Assembly: GCA_964579285.1 (NCBI GenBank)
Contig: CAZOHS010000001.1
Location: forward strand, 13,068 to 70,971
Direction of reading: 5' to 3'
Length of the DNA stretch: 57,904 nt
From: an uncultured Rhodospirillaceae bacterium
GTDB taxonomy: Bacteria; Pseudomonadota; Alphaproteobacteria; MPNO01; UBA830
Below are positions 1 through 9,929 of the stretch, piece by piece. The notes under the pieces are model-generated. The model ran no database searches, had not been told where the DNA came from, and worked only from the letters and a program-made list of their open reading frames with translations. Position 1 is the first letter of the stretch. The number at the start of each line of letters is the position of its first letter. A program made the translations under genes and the position numbers.

Positions 1-2102
1 GCGGGAAACATGTCTCCAACGACGGACTGAGGCCAAGGTATAATCAGTAATTTATGGAACAAGAAATAAGATAACACCCATATTGAAACCGAAACATATA
101 AAGTCGTTTTCAAACTCTCCTTGCCTTCAAACAACATATACCCCGCAAGAAATAGAAACATCGCTGGAAGAAGCCCCACAACCGCCGCTGCGCCAAAAAA
201 GAATAATAACCAAGCGAAGTAGACTATTACCCGTTTCGTTACTTCGGCCCCGGGTAAATCACCGTAATCGGCACTAATATCGAAATGGACGTCACTTTGT
301 GCCGGAGCGCCACCTTCGCCTCTACCGGGTATACCATGCTCTTCAACTTCGGCTTTATCACCTGGCGCAATAAACATGGCCGACAAAACCAGCCACCCTA
401 TGAAAATCATAGCGGCAATCGAGACGACACTCGGAATAAGGCGTGCGCCGAACTCCCAATCCGATGAAATGTAGTATGCGATTGCAAACAAAGCGAAAAG
501 AAATAACGCAAAAAAGAAATCGGGATTGATAGCTTCCTTTTGAAAACCGAATTTCGATGTAGCTTGAGATGTTTTCGCGCGCGCTCGGTAGCCTCGAATA
601 ATCGGCGCAAGCACCCCATATAAGGTAACCGCAAATATTATTGGAACGTAAGGCGCAAAAGCCACATCGCCATCACCGAAATCCCTCCAAATCCATAGCC
701 AATCTGCGCCATACCTCTCCGTTGAAATAAACATGTAACGTTCGACCAAACCGCCAAGAACAAAACCGAGAATAAGGGGCGGACGTGGCCAGCGTAGGCG
801 TTTCATAATCCAGCCTATCAATCCAAAAATTAACAGCGCATAAATGTCTCCCCACTGCCTTGATCCCTGGAAAGCACCTACGTAAGTAACCGCCAACACC
901 ACCGGCGCGAGTATACCTATTCTTATTAACGCGACCTTGGCCAACTGATTTGCAAAGATAAAACAGGTGCCCGCCCCCAGGATGTTTGCAATCGCTACTG
1001 ACCAAACAAGGGTGTAGGTTACGTCCAGGTGTTTATTCAGCATTTCTGGGCCGGGCACTAAGCCATGGATCAGAAAAGCACCAAGGATGAGCGCCATAGA
1101 CGCCGAACCCGGGACACCGAAGGCAATCGTTGGTACCAACGCACCTCCCTCCTTGGCATTGTTCGACGACTCGGAAGCAATTACCCCACGCACGTCACCC
1201 TTGCCAAAACTCTCGGGTGCCCCTTTTTCGCTGCGCGCGGCGTGCCCATAGGCGATCCAGTCTATCACCGACGCGCCTATCCCCGGGACAGCACCCAACG
1301 AAGACCCGATGGAAGAACATCGCAAAACTAAAAACCAGTTTCTGAAAGTATCTTTAATACCGTCTAATTGTCCGTAGCGGGCATCCTGTTGTTCGCCCGC
1401 CTTGACGTTAATAGACTGCTTTGTAATCGCCATATCAGCGAGTTCAGGAATAGCAAAAAGACCAAGCGCAAGCGGCACAACGGGCAGCCCATCCCATAGG
1501 TAAAGGGAGTCAAACGTCCACCTCAACGTGCCAGTTTGAGGGTCATCACCAGCCGTCGCCACCATTAAGCCAATGCAGGCGCCCGCCAGTCCCTTGAGAG
1601 GTGAACCACCCGATAAAACCGCAACGAGAGACAAACCAAATACACATATCGCTAATAACTCTGGCGATCCAATTTCCAGAACAATGGGCCGCAACACCGG
1701 GACACTTACACCTAGCAGAAGCGCCCCGAAAAGACCCCCAATGACGGAAGCCGAAAACGCGGCCCCGAACGCGCGACCGGCCTCTCCCTTTCGGGCCATT
1801 GGGTAACCATCCAGGATCGTTGCCGCAGATCCCACGGTTCCCGGAACCCCGAAAAGCACGGCGGGTATGGTGTCCGATGTTACGACTACAGCTTGAAGGC
1901 CCATCATAAAAGCCAACGCCGTGTATGGGTCCATGTTAAAGGTGAACGGAAGTAAAAGGGACAACCCAACTAATCCACCTAAACCGGGAATTACCCCCAA
2001 AACCAACCCAATGAGAACACCAAAGGACAGAAATCCCAGCCGCTCAAGGCTCGCCATGTTTTGGAAGGCCAAAATAGCGCTTCCCAACATGTCAACTTCC
2101 AT
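1..2102 (-). CDS. tctA: Tripartite tricarboxylate transporter (TTT) large permease, TctA family, with a C-terminal TctB-like 4-TM extension. Partial: the 3' end runs off the left edge of the window.
   Basis: Absent from the supplied ORF track because no stop codon lies inside the window. Manual minus-strand translation from the ATG at 2102..2100 stays open to position 3. It reads MEVDMLGSAILAFQNMASLERLGFLSFGVLIGLVLGVIPGLGG ... DWIAYGHAARSEK ... SESSNNAKEGGALVPTIAFGVPGSASMALILGA ... FHKLLIIPWPQSVVGDMFP. The GxxPGxGG, DWIAYGH and SESSNNAKEGGALVPTxAFGVPGS blocks are typical of TctA. The other two minus frames hit stops within the first 60 nt. Confidence 0.85.
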   Translation of the reverse strand, partial: MEVDMLGSAILAFQNMASLERLGFLSFGVLIGLVLGVIPGLGGLVGLSLLLPFTFNMDPYTALAFMMGLQAVVVTSDTIPAVLFGVPGTVGSAATILDGYPMARKGEAGRAFGAAFSASVIGGLFGALLLGVSVPVLRPIVLEIGSPELLAICVFGLSLVAVLSGGSPLKGLAGACIGLMVATAGDDPQTGTLRWTFDSLYLWDGLPVVPLALGLFAIPELADMAITKQSINVKAGEQQDARYGQLDGIKDTFRNWFLVLRCSSIGSSLGAVPGIGASVIDWIAYGHAARSEKGAPESFGKGDVRGVIASESSNNAKEGGALVPTIAFGVPGSASMALILGAFLIHGLVPGPEMLNKHLDVTYTLVWSVAIANILGAGTCFIFANQLAKVALIRIGILAPVVLAVTYVGAFQGSRQWGDIYALLIFGLIGWIMKRLRWPRPPLILGFVLGGLVERYMFISTERYGADWLWIWRDFGDGDVAFAPYVPIIFAVTLYGVLAPIIRGYRARAKTSQATSKFGFQKEAINPDFFFALFLFALFAIAYYISSDWEFGARLIPSVVSIAAMIFIGWLVLSAMFIAPGDKAEVEEHGIPGRGEGGAPAQSDVHFDISADYGDLPGAEVTKRVIVYFAWLLFFFGAAAVVGLLPAMFLFLAGYMLFEGKESLKTTLYVSVSIWVLSYFLFHKLLIIPWPQSVVGDMFP

Positions 2103-2231
2103 TTTTTGCCCCCCGACCCCAGTTTATCAGAGCTATTGAACCAACATACGTATGCGTATGGAATATACGTACCAGACCCGCTTTGACTGTCAAGCGATCA
2201 CTCGTCACTGCCCGAAATCGACTTAAAAGGT

Positions 2232-3473
2232 TTATTCCGCGGCAATAGCGGTTGAATAATCCGGGTAACGCTCACTTACGTCAATATTGAAGATTTTCTG
2301 TGCAGTGCGACCAAGTATATTTCGTTTGGCATCTTCTTCTATAAACGGTAGGTCCCAAATTACGCTGGGTATGTCCATATCCCAGTGAGGATAGTCCGAC
2401 GCCCACAGCAGTTGCGTTTCCGCGTTCATCGCTGTGAAGGTAGCTTCCAGCATTTCTATGTTGTCGGGCATCTCCATTGGCTGCGTCGTATAATACATAT
2501 CCCGCATGTAATCGCTTGGTAGCTTTTTTAGCAACGGGCACTCTGACGAGCGCATTCGGTACTGCGTATCCATTCTTTGCATGAGGAAAGGTATCCACGA
2601 AATACCCGATTCAATCCACACGACCGGCAATTTTGGAAAACGCTCATTCATTCCATTTAGCACCCAGTTAGTACAATGCACGATGTTGTACCACGTGAAC
2701 CCTAGTGCATGGACCGCCAGGAACCTGTTGCAGGTTCTGAACATGGGGTCATCCCAATTAAATCCCGAGTGAAAACCAATAGGTAGGTTTCTCTCCTGGA
2801 TTGCCGCATAGATTTTCATATAGTCATTGTGGTGCACTGGGCGATGCCTGACCGACGTAACCATAAAACCAATTACACCCTCAGCGTCTCCATAGTCCTC
2901 GACGATTTTCAATGCTGCGTCTGGATTATTGAAGGGAAGGTACAACATCGACTTCATGCGCGGGTTTCCCGGCAGGATCTTCTCCACCAACCAACGGTTA
3001 TACGCCCTAGCCAGGACAACCTCGACGTCCGCTTGCGGATGCATTGCAAGACCAAGCATCGGCGTTGGAAATACGCACGCATAATCCACACCCATTGCAT
3101 CCATCCATCTATGGGTCAGGTGCACATCTCGGTGTTTGTCATCCTTCGGCGTTTGTTCCAGACCCCGCAACGGGTACCGCGTTACTCTGCCACCCACATC
3201 CTGATATCCGACGCGCCCTAATGAAAACATCGAACCCCGATGAGCGATTTGCTGAGCCGAACGCGCAAGTTGCCGCATCACGGGATCCTCAATGAATTCG
3301 ACGATGTCCTTCATCGATTCTGTTTCATAATGATGGGCATCTACATCAATGATCAACACGTCTTCAAAGTTCCGGCGATCACGTTGACGAATAGCATTCT
3401 GTAAAAGTTTTTCGGTGTCGAATTCTTCGACACTCATGCGAAAGTAACGCTCGTTACCTGTTGGCAATTCCAT
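2232..3473 (-). CDS. Amidohydrolase-2 family metal-dependent hydrolase/decarboxylase (ACMSD/LigW-like superfamily)
   Basis: 413-aa ORF with an ATG start. It has an N-terminal metal motif VLIIDVDAHHYE, a C-terminal ...ASDYPHWD... and TIM-barrel amidohydrolase length. It lies directly downstream of TRAP genes on the same strand. Confidence 0.75.
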   Translation of the reverse strand: MELPTGNERYFRMSVEEFDTEKLLQNAIRQRDRRNFEDVLIIDVDAHHYETESMKDIVEFIEDPVMRQLARSAQQIAHRGSMFSLGRVGYQDVGGRVTRYPLRGLEQTPKDDKHRDVHLTHRWMDAMGVDYACVFPTPMLGLAMHPQADVEVVLARAYNRWLVEKILPGNPRMKSMLYLPFNNPDAALKIVEDYGDAEGVIGFMVTSVRHRPVHHNDYMKIYAAIQERNLPIGFHSGFNWDDPMFRTCNRFLAVHALGFTWYNIVHCTNWVLNGMNERFPKLPVVWIESGISWIPFLMQRMDTQYRMRSSECPLLKKLPSDYMRDMYYTTQPMEMPDNIEMLEATFTAMNAETQLLWASDYPHWDMDIPSVIWDLPFIEEDAKRNILGRTAQKIFNIDVSERYPDYSTAIAAE

Positions 3474-3574
3474 GATGCACGCCCTTTGACATAACTTTAC
3501 CTACCCTATTCTACATAGAAACAGGTTTCTAACAAAAGAAGATAAATTAAAAAGTTTATTCCGCCGACGAAGTA

Positions 3575-4885
3575 CTAAAGCAGTCCGGGTAAGAACGTCG
3601 CGATGGGAGGGAAGCCTGCAATTACAAGCATACCCACCAAAAATATTAAAACAAATGGCCAGGTTGCGCTAAATACCTGCTGTAATGTTACCCTGTTGGT
3701 CGCTCCCTTGAACGCAAATATTGTATATCCGAACGGCGGTGTTATTCCCCCTACCGTGACGTTCAACAACATCAATAACCAGAACCAAATTGGGTCAAAC
3801 TCAAGAGATTTGATAAGTGGTTGATAAATTGGGATCACCACTAACATGAGCGCGATCTGATCAATGAACATACACAGGATGAACGGGATCAACATCATTA
3901 TAAAGAGCATCACGTAGGCCGAAAGATCCAGCCCTGCGACTACGTTGGTAAGTTCTCTGGTCGAACCCGTAAATGCGAGAAGTTGGCTAAACATTTTCGA
4001 GCTTGCCATTATTACAAGGATCATGCTCGTTATGAAGGCCGCTGATGAAAGCGATTCCGTAAACATTTTTAAGTTTAACTTACGATAGTATGCGGCGGTC
4101 GCCAGGGCTCCAAGGACACCCGTTGCCGCCGATTCAGAGGGCGTCGCGACACCCAACAGAATAAACCCCATTACACAAAATATTATAAGGGCGAATGGCG
4201 CAACACGTAGAACCGCGAAAACTTTTTCTTTCACGGTTACAACCCCGGTGGACGTCGAGGCATCCTCGTTCGCCAGTTCAGGGTTCATCCGCACGCGCAC
4301 AAGCGTGTAGACCAAAAACATACCTGACAACATCAGACCAGGAAGAATGCCGGCAATTAACAGCCCCGCAATCGACACATTAGCAAGCGTACCAATAATA
4401 ATCACTAGTACGCTTGGGGGAATGATCGGAGCTAAAGATGCCCCCGCGAGGATTGCCCCCGTTGACATCCTGGCATCGTAACCGCGATCCAACATACCCG
4501 GGAAAAGGGTCCGAGCCATCATGGCGGCGACCCCCATCGCTGCACCAGATAACGCACCAAATATTGTCGAAAGCGCGATACACAGAACGTATTGGCGCCC
4601 CTTCACCTTACCCACTAACTTATCTACTGAATCAAACAGGATATCGATCGAACCGGACCTAAATAACAATTCTCCCATTAAAATAAATAACGGCACAGCC
4701 GAAAGGGCAGCGATATTGGTTGTCTCGAAAATCGAGTTGGCGACCAGTCCAAACCCCGGTTGACCTAGGAGTATTAAGACGCCTGCAATATTAATTAAAA
4801 GAAAAGCGACAAAAATAGGTGCGCCCGTCATGAAAGCGGCGAGCAGCAGCGTTAGTCCCACTACAAGGATTACCCACCACTCCAT
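3575..4885 (-). CDS. dctM: TRAP transporter large permease subunit (DctM family)
   Basis: 436-aa polytopic membrane protein (MEWWVILVVGLTLLLAAFMTGAPIFVAFLL...). Its start overlaps the stop of the upstream small-permease gene by 1 nt (TAATG). Confidence 0.9.
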   Translation of the reverse strand: MEWWVILVVGLTLLLAAFMTGAPIFVAFLLINIAGVLILLGQPGFGLVANSIFETTNIAALSAVPLFILMGELLFRSGSIDILFDSVDKLVGKVKGRQYVLCIALSTIFGALSGAAMGVAAMMARTLFPGMLDRGYDARMSTGAILAGASLAPIIPPSVLVIIIGTLANVSIAGLLIAGILPGLMLSGMFLVYTLVRVRMNPELANEDASTSTGVVTVKEKVFAVLRVAPFALIIFCVMGFILLGVATPSESAATGVLGALATAAYYRKLNLKMFTESLSSAAFITSMILVIMASSKMFSQLLAFTGSTRELTNVVAGLDLSAYVMLFIMMLIPFILCMFIDQIALMLVVIPIYQPLIKSLEFDPIWFWLLMLLNVTVGGITPPFGYTIFAFKGATNRVTLQQVFSATWPFVLIFLVGMLVIAGFPPIATFLPGLL

Positions 4886-5394
4886 TACCCGAAATCCTCT
4901 CCCTTGTTCCCAATATCCAATTTTCGATAATCAAGAAACCTCAAAAAATGGAGGGCAGACATTCCAAACCCAAAGGTTAGGAACACTGAAATATAGTACT
5001 TTGGAAAGGGTTTCACCTTCATCATGTGAACATCTTTAACAACTTGACGAATGTTTTCATCTAGATTGATCCAGGTAGCGAGCGCGCACGCCACAAAACA
5101 CATGAGATAAATAAACCAATACGCAACTTTGGCTTTCTTTGCTGGAAGCAAATCAATCAAAAAAGTAACAGCAACGTGGCCCTTCTCACGCGTGACATGA
5201 GGCATCATCAGAAAACATCCTATACACAAAGAATAAGACACCGCCTCGTCAGCCCACCAGGTTGGCGCGCTGAAAAAATACCGTGAAATTACCTCAAAAG
5301 AATATGCAAAAAGTATAATAGCGAGACAGAGTTTTCCGAGTTGGAATCCAACATCAGTTATCTTGTCATGAAGCCATAGTAACGCTCTGACCAC
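4885..5394 (-). CDS. dctQ: TRAP transporter small permease subunit (DctQ family)
   Basis: 169-aa protein with 4 TM segments and a GTG start preceded by GAGGCAGGG. It sits between the DctP-like and DctM-like genes. Confidence 0.8.
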   Translation of the reverse strand: MVRALLWLHDKITDVGFQLGKLCLAIILFAYSFEVISRYFFSAPTWWADEAVSYSLCIGCFLMMPHVTREKGHVAVTFLIDLLPAKKAKVAYWFIYLMCFVACALATWINLDENIRQVVKDVHMMKVKPFPKYYISVFLTFGFGMSALHFLRFLDYRKLDIGNKGEDFG

Positions 5395-5431
5395 ACCCTG
5401 CCTCGCTATCTATTTCTTGGTTACTGTCAAC

Positions 5432-6412
5432 CTAGTTTGTCAGCCCTGCCTTCTTAGCAAGCGCACGTATGTCGTTGGCTCCATCGGAACAACATTTCTG
5501 CGCAATGTTCCACATACTTGAGGCCCATATCTTCTTTACCTCAGCATGCTTTGCCGAAGACAATTGGGTAACCTTCACACCAAACTTTTCTAACTCTTTG
5601 GTTTCGTCAGCAAGGATTTGGTCACCAATAGCCGGCATTTCGGCTTCTGTTTTCTTGGCAGCGGCGATCAAGATCTTCTGGTCGCCTTTTGAAAGCTTAT
5701 TCCACTTATCTAGGTTCATCCAAAACCCTAAATTACTGGTGCCCCACGTAGGCCGTACTTTGAACTTTGCCACCTCGTAGTGCTTCATCGACAGCATCCC
5801 GGCCGCTGGCCAGCAAGCTCCATCGACAACGCCTTTCTCGAGCGCCGTATATATTTGACCACCCGGCAACACAACAGGTGACCCACCAAGCAACCTAATA
5901 ACTCCGTGATAGCTTAAGGTTCCGCGTATTTTGCGACCTTTAACATCACCGGCAGCCGACAGAGGTTTCTTGAGGAACATATGATAGCCCTGGTTACTAG
6001 CCGCGGCGATACCTAGAACCTTAAGATTATTGTGCTTTTGGTAGTATTTATCGAGATACTCGATGATACCCGATGCCCGGCGCTTTGCCGCACCATTGTC
6101 AATAGCATCAAAAGTAAAGGCGAGTCCCTTACTGCCCGCGTGATAAATACCGTGACTAAAGAGCATGTCAAAAACACCAGAAGATACAGGCTGAAGCTGC
6201 TCAAACGGAGGCACCACTTCTTTACCCGAGATCGTCAGCTTTACTTTTCCGCTCGCCTCAACATTCTTATGAAACTGGTCAAGTACAGCGTAAGTAGGCC
6301 AGTTGTCTTTATTCCAGCTTGTCAATAATTTAAGGTTTGTCGCGGAAGACATACCCACTGAAGTAGCGGTGAGGGCTATTGCGGTGCCCGCCCCGATTAA
6401 AAGTCTTTTCAT
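5432..6412 (-). CDS. dctP: TRAP transporter substrate-binding protein (DctP family)
   Basis: The ORF track gives 5432..6493. I prefer the internal ATG at 6412 because AGGGAGAA lies 6 nt upstream and it yields a signal peptide MKRLLIGAGTAIALTATSVGMSSA. Size and context fit DctP. Confidence 0.85.
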   Translation of the reverse strand: MKRLLIGAGTAIALTATSVGMSSATNLKLLTSWNKDNWPTYAVLDQFHKNVEASGKVKLTISGKEVVPPFEQLQPVSSGVFDMLFSHGIYHAGSKGLAFTFDAIDNGAAKRRASGIIEYLDKYYQKHNNLKVLGIAAASNQGYHMFLKKPLSAAGDVKGRKIRGTLSYHGVIRLLGGSPVVLPGGQIYTALEKGVVDGACWPAAGMLSMKHYEVAKFKVRPTWGTSNLGFWMNLDKWNKLSKGDQKILIAAAKKTEAEMPAIGDQILADETKELEKFGVKVTQLSSAKHAEVKKIWASSMWNIAQKCCSDGANDIRALAKKAGLTN

Positions 6413-6582
6413 ATAAATTCTCCCTATTTTGAAAGTCTGTATCAGCAGCACGACTTGCAGATCGAAAATAGAACATCTTTGTTTCACTTTCACAAGTGCG
6501 TGACTTTAAATCTTGTGCGATAGATGCTCGGGAGTTAAGAGAAAAACAGGAAACACAGTCCAATTTAGTAGAGGAGATAGAG

Positions 6583-7347
6583 ATGCCAGATAAGCCATAT
6601 ACCCAAATTGGTACGCCAACCTCAGACACCGAACGGTTCTTAATGCGTGGCCGCGATGTGTTAACCGAAGTACTTGGTGAAAAAAGCTTTTCAGAGACAT
6701 TTTATCTCTTAGTCACTGGTCGTGAACTACCTTCGAATCACACACGAACGTTCGACGCCTGCATGGTTATCCTCATGGACCACGGGATTACGCCCACAGC
6801 CCTCGTTGCTCGGATGGTACACGATTCACTGCCCGAAGATGTGCAGATGCCAATGATTGCGGGGGCCATGATGGTTGGCAATAAGTTCGCAGGAACTATG
6901 GCTGGTGCCGGCGCACTATATCAAGAAGGTGCGAATTATGAAGGCGACAAAGATGAGTGGGCTGAAGGTGTTGTAAAACAATTTCGGGAGCAAAAAAAAT
7001 TCATTCCTGGATATGGGCACCCCTATTACTTCCCCACCGACCCACGAGCGGATCGGATGTTTGAGATTGCACTCGAGGGCGGCGTGGGTGGAAAATACAT
7101 TGAGCTAGCCAAGACACTCGGAAAACAAATAGAAAAATCCCGTGGTAAACCTCTGACGTTGAATATTACGGGCGCACTGGGCGCAATACTCAATGAGATT
7201 GATTTTCCGGTTGAAGTAATGCGTTCGGTCGCAGCGGTCGGACGCGCCGCTGGATTAATTGGACATATCTATGAAGAAATGAACAATCCAATCGCCCCGG
7301 CCGTCGTCGATTTCATCAACAACATTGAATATCGCGATCCGGCGTAG
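6583..7347 (+). CDS. Citrate synthase-like / citryl-CoA lyase family protein (short form)
   Basis: Internal ATG at 6583 with GAGGAG 6 nt upstream. It contains IPGYGHPYYFPTDPRADRMFE, which matches the citrate-synthase GxGHxxYxxxDPRA catalytic-His block. At about 254 aa it is far shorter than a full citrate synthase. Confidence 0.6.
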   Translation: MPDKPYTQIGTPTSDTERFLMRGRDVLTEVLGEKSFSETFYLLVTGRELPSNHTRTFDACMVILMDHGITPTALVARMVHDSLPEDVQMPMIAGAMMVGNKFAGTMAGAGALYQEGANYEGDKDEWAEGVVKQFREQKKFIPGYGHPYYFPTDPRADRMFEIALEGGVGGKYIELAKTLGKQIEKSRGKPLTLNITGALGAILNEIDFPVEVMRSVAAVGRAAGLIGHIYEEMNNPIAPAVVDFINNIEYRDPA

Positions 7348-7386
7348 TGGCACTCTTTGTAATTTAGGAACACACTTATTTTGCAA

Positions 7387-8301
7387 CTAACGGGGGGTGG
7401 GATCGGCAATCACCTCGTTTGACAGAGTTCCTATTCCATCAATTTCCACTTCGCAAACGTCCCCGGCCCGCATGTGAAGTTGTCCCTCAACGACGACTGG
7501 TCCACGAGGTTTTTCAGGTTCTTCACCGGGGCGCAAAGGTAACGCCCCCGGTGAACCGGTAACGATTACATCACCAGGTTGAAGTGTGTACCCCTCGGAA
7601 AGGTATGAAACGAGGTGCGGCACGTCGAACAACATTCCCGAAATCCCGGCATTTTGACGCTCGATGCCGTTTAGCCGCGTCACCAACCTCCGGGCCGCGG
7701 GATCACCAAATTCATCCTTGGTAACTAACCAAGGACCAAAACTACCTGACCTTTCAAAGTTTTTACCCAATCCAAACTGTCTGTTTTGGCTTTGGTACTC
7801 CCGAACTGACCCTTCGTTATAGCAAGAGTAACCTGCAATATGGTCGAAGGCATCTTCTCGTTTTATGTGGCGTCCCGGTTTACCGATGATGACGGCGAGC
7901 TCCCCCTCATAATCATAGGCCTCAGCAATGTCGACCGCCGGAGCCCAAAGCTGCTCCTTGTGACCAACCTGGGAAATAGGCATCCGCATGAAAACTTGCG
8001 GATATTCTCGAGACGTTGTTAAGCCTGTTTCTTCAATATGAAGGGTATAATTCAAGGCCAAAGCCCATGTGGCATGCGGCTCAGGAACAACGGGTTCGAA
8101 CGTAATTTCCGCCAACGAAACGTCCGGACTTTTACCTTTTATAGCCTTTTGAACAAGTTCTAGGTCAGGGTCTATTTCTAAAATACCTCGAAGGGTTGCA
8201 GGTAATTCAGGCGCGATGCTTCCCAACGAAATTAGATTAGCCTCATCATAGACGACCCCGACACCCGAGGAGTTTTTGTGGCGATAAGAGATGATTTTCA
8301 C
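7387..8301 (-). CDS. Fumarylacetoacetate hydrolase (FAH) family protein
   Basis: 304 aa with a GTG start and GGGAG RBS. FAH motifs are YDYEGELAVIIGKPG and GDVIVTGSPGA. Confidence 0.85.
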   Translation of the reverse strand: MKIISYRHKNSSGVGVVYDEANLISLGSIAPELPATLRGILEIDPDLELVQKAIKGKSPDVSLAEITFEPVVPEPHATWALALNYTLHIEETGLTTSREYPQVFMRMPISQVGHKEQLWAPAVDIAEAYDYEGELAVIIGKPGRHIKREDAFDHIAGYSCYNEGSVREYQSQNRQFGLGKNFERSGSFGPWLVTKDEFGDPAARRLVTRLNGIERQNAGISGMLFDVPHLVSYLSEGYTLQPGDVIVTGSPGALPLRPGEEPEKPRGPVVVEGQLHMRAGDVCEVEIDGIGTLSNEVIADPTPR

Positions 8302-8370
8302 GATACACTCCCTAGTGTAAATCAGAATAGAGGGTATAAATCAGGATTGAGTCTGGAGAATATAGATTGC

Positions 8371-9219
8371 TCAGCCCGACGCAATACTGCGTTCAAGTGT
8401 GTGTCGAAGTTCGTCGGTAACCGATGGCTTGATACCAAACCACCGTTCCCAAGCCGGCGGACCCTGGTGGAGAAGCATACCAAGCCCGTTCAAGATAGAG
8501 TTTCCCCGCTCACGAGCCATTGAGAGGAATGGTGTTTCCAGTGGGGTATATATTATGTCGATCACAAGAGCAGAAGCGGGCAGATGCGTAAGTTGTATGT
8601 CCAGCGCAGGCTCTCCGTCCATACCCTGGCTGGTCGCATTCACGGCCATGGTGACACCAGCTAGGACGTCGTGTCGATCCTCCCAATCATAAATCTTAAT
8701 CGGTCCACCCAGGTCGCGAACAATTGCATTAGGCTCTTGGTTTGTTCTGTTGACTAAACGAATTTCAGTGGCACCAGCCTCTAAGAGAGCGTAACAAACC
8801 GCTCGGCTACCGCCACCGGCACCGATTACCGCAATGGCTCCTTCATCCCCCCTCCACGCCGGATGAGCCTCTTTGAGATTGCCCAAAAACCCGAGCCAGT
8901 CATTATTAGTACCAAAGAGAGACCCGTCTGGTCGGACAACAACACAGCTAATCGCACCTATCTTTTTTCCTACCTCATCCACCTCGTCGACTACTGACAT
9001 CGCACCAAGTTTATGGGGAATTGTCAGATTACACCCAGAGAAACCAAGCGGTGACAGCGCTCGGAGCGCTTTCTCCAGACCCTCTGGCTTAATAGCGAGA
9101 GGAATATATCTCCCCTCCACACCCTGCTGGCGCATCCAGTAATTATGCATCAAAGGCGACCGAGAGTGCATCACGGGCCAACCCATGACGCCGGCCAGCC
9201 TGTATGAAGGTCCGCCCAC
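8371..9219 (-). CDS. Shikimate/quinate 5-dehydrogenase family protein (AroE-like)
   Basis: 282 aa with MHSRSPLMHN, NLTIPHK, GTNNDWLGF and the Rossmann motif VIGAGGGSRA. The GTG start overlaps the upstream stop (TAGTG). Confidence 0.85.
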   Translation of the reverse strand: MGGPSYRLAGVMGWPVMHSRSPLMHNYWMRQQGVEGRYIPLAIKPEGLEKALRALSPLGFSGCNLTIPHKLGAMSVVDEVDEVGKKIGAISCVVVRPDGSLFGTNNDWLGFLGNLKEAHPAWRGDEGAIAVIGAGGGSRAVCYALLEAGATEIRLVNRTNQEPNAIVRDLGGPIKIYDWEDRHDVLAGVTMAVNATSQGMDGEPALDIQLTHLPASALVIDIIYTPLETPFLSMARERGNSILNGLGMLLHQGPPAWERWFGIKPSVTDELRHTLERSIASG

Positions 9220-9902
9220 TATGATTTCTCGCTGAGTTTAGCACCGAAATGGTCCCAGGTTCGGCGAAACAAATTTGAAGTCCAAAGTTTTTCTTTGCTC
9301 GCCGCTATTTCATCCTGCGTAAAACAGTAAGGTTCTCCAATCTGGGTCGCCATATATTGCCGATACGCGTTGTCTTCTAAATAATTAAGCAATACGAATG
9401 CGTCGACAATACTGGTTCCCACTGTCACTGCTCCGTGCGCTTTCATTAAGGCTGCCGGACGGTCGCCAAGAACATCTGTCAGCCTTTTCGCCATCCCCTG
9501 GTTATTAATAGAGTTTGGTGAATCTAGTATGGGCAATGGATGAACCAGCGCGCCCTGTGCATATACGGGTAAATAATCTTTGCCCGCTGTGGTTAAGATC
9601 GTTGACCAGTTCGGGTGGGCATGAATTACAGCGTTGATATCCGCACGGACTTTATAGATCCCGGCATGAAGATGAAACTCCAACGGTGGTCGACCATTTC
9701 CTTCGACAAGATTGCCGTCAAAATCAATTTTGCATATATCAGCGGCGGTTAGATTACTTCGTTGGCATGACCCAACGTTAATGAGCATGGAATTGTCACC
9801 AAGGCGAACACTCGCATGCCCATTGTAATCGACGATACCAGATTGCTCGAGCATTCGAATACATTTGACAATTGCTTCCTTCTGCTCTGACAAGTCACTC
9901 AT
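9219..9902 (-). CDS. Class II aldolase/adducin domain protein
   Basis: 227 aa with His-rich metal ligands (EFHLHAGIY ... VIHAHPNW). RBS is GGGGAGAGGA. Confidence 0.8.
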   Translation of the reverse strand: MSDLSEQKEAIVKCIRMLEQSGIVDYNGHASVRLGDNSMLINVGSCQRSNLTAADICKIDFDGNLVEGNGRPPLEFHLHAGIYKVRADINAVIHAHPNWSTILTTAGKDYLPVYAQGALVHPLPILDSPNSINNQGMAKRLTDVLGDRPAALMKAHGAVTVGTSIVDAFVLLNYLEDNAYRQYMATQIGEPYCFTQDEIAASKEKLWTSNLFRRTWDHFGAKLSEKS

Positions 9903-9929
9903 GTCCTCTCCCCTCTCAGAGAATATTCG

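Noticed and set aside
83-2139. Plus-strand ORFs of 60-88 aa (83-277, 285-467, 1065-1331, 1130-1345, 1573-1806, 1921-2139) and minus-strand ORFs 407-634 and 673-1005, listed in the track at the left edge
   Set aside because: All lie inside, and out of frame with or antisense to, the long uninterrupted TctA-family frame. That frame has clear family motifs. The translations of the short ORFs are Arg/Pro-rich and low-complexity, typical of shadow frames.
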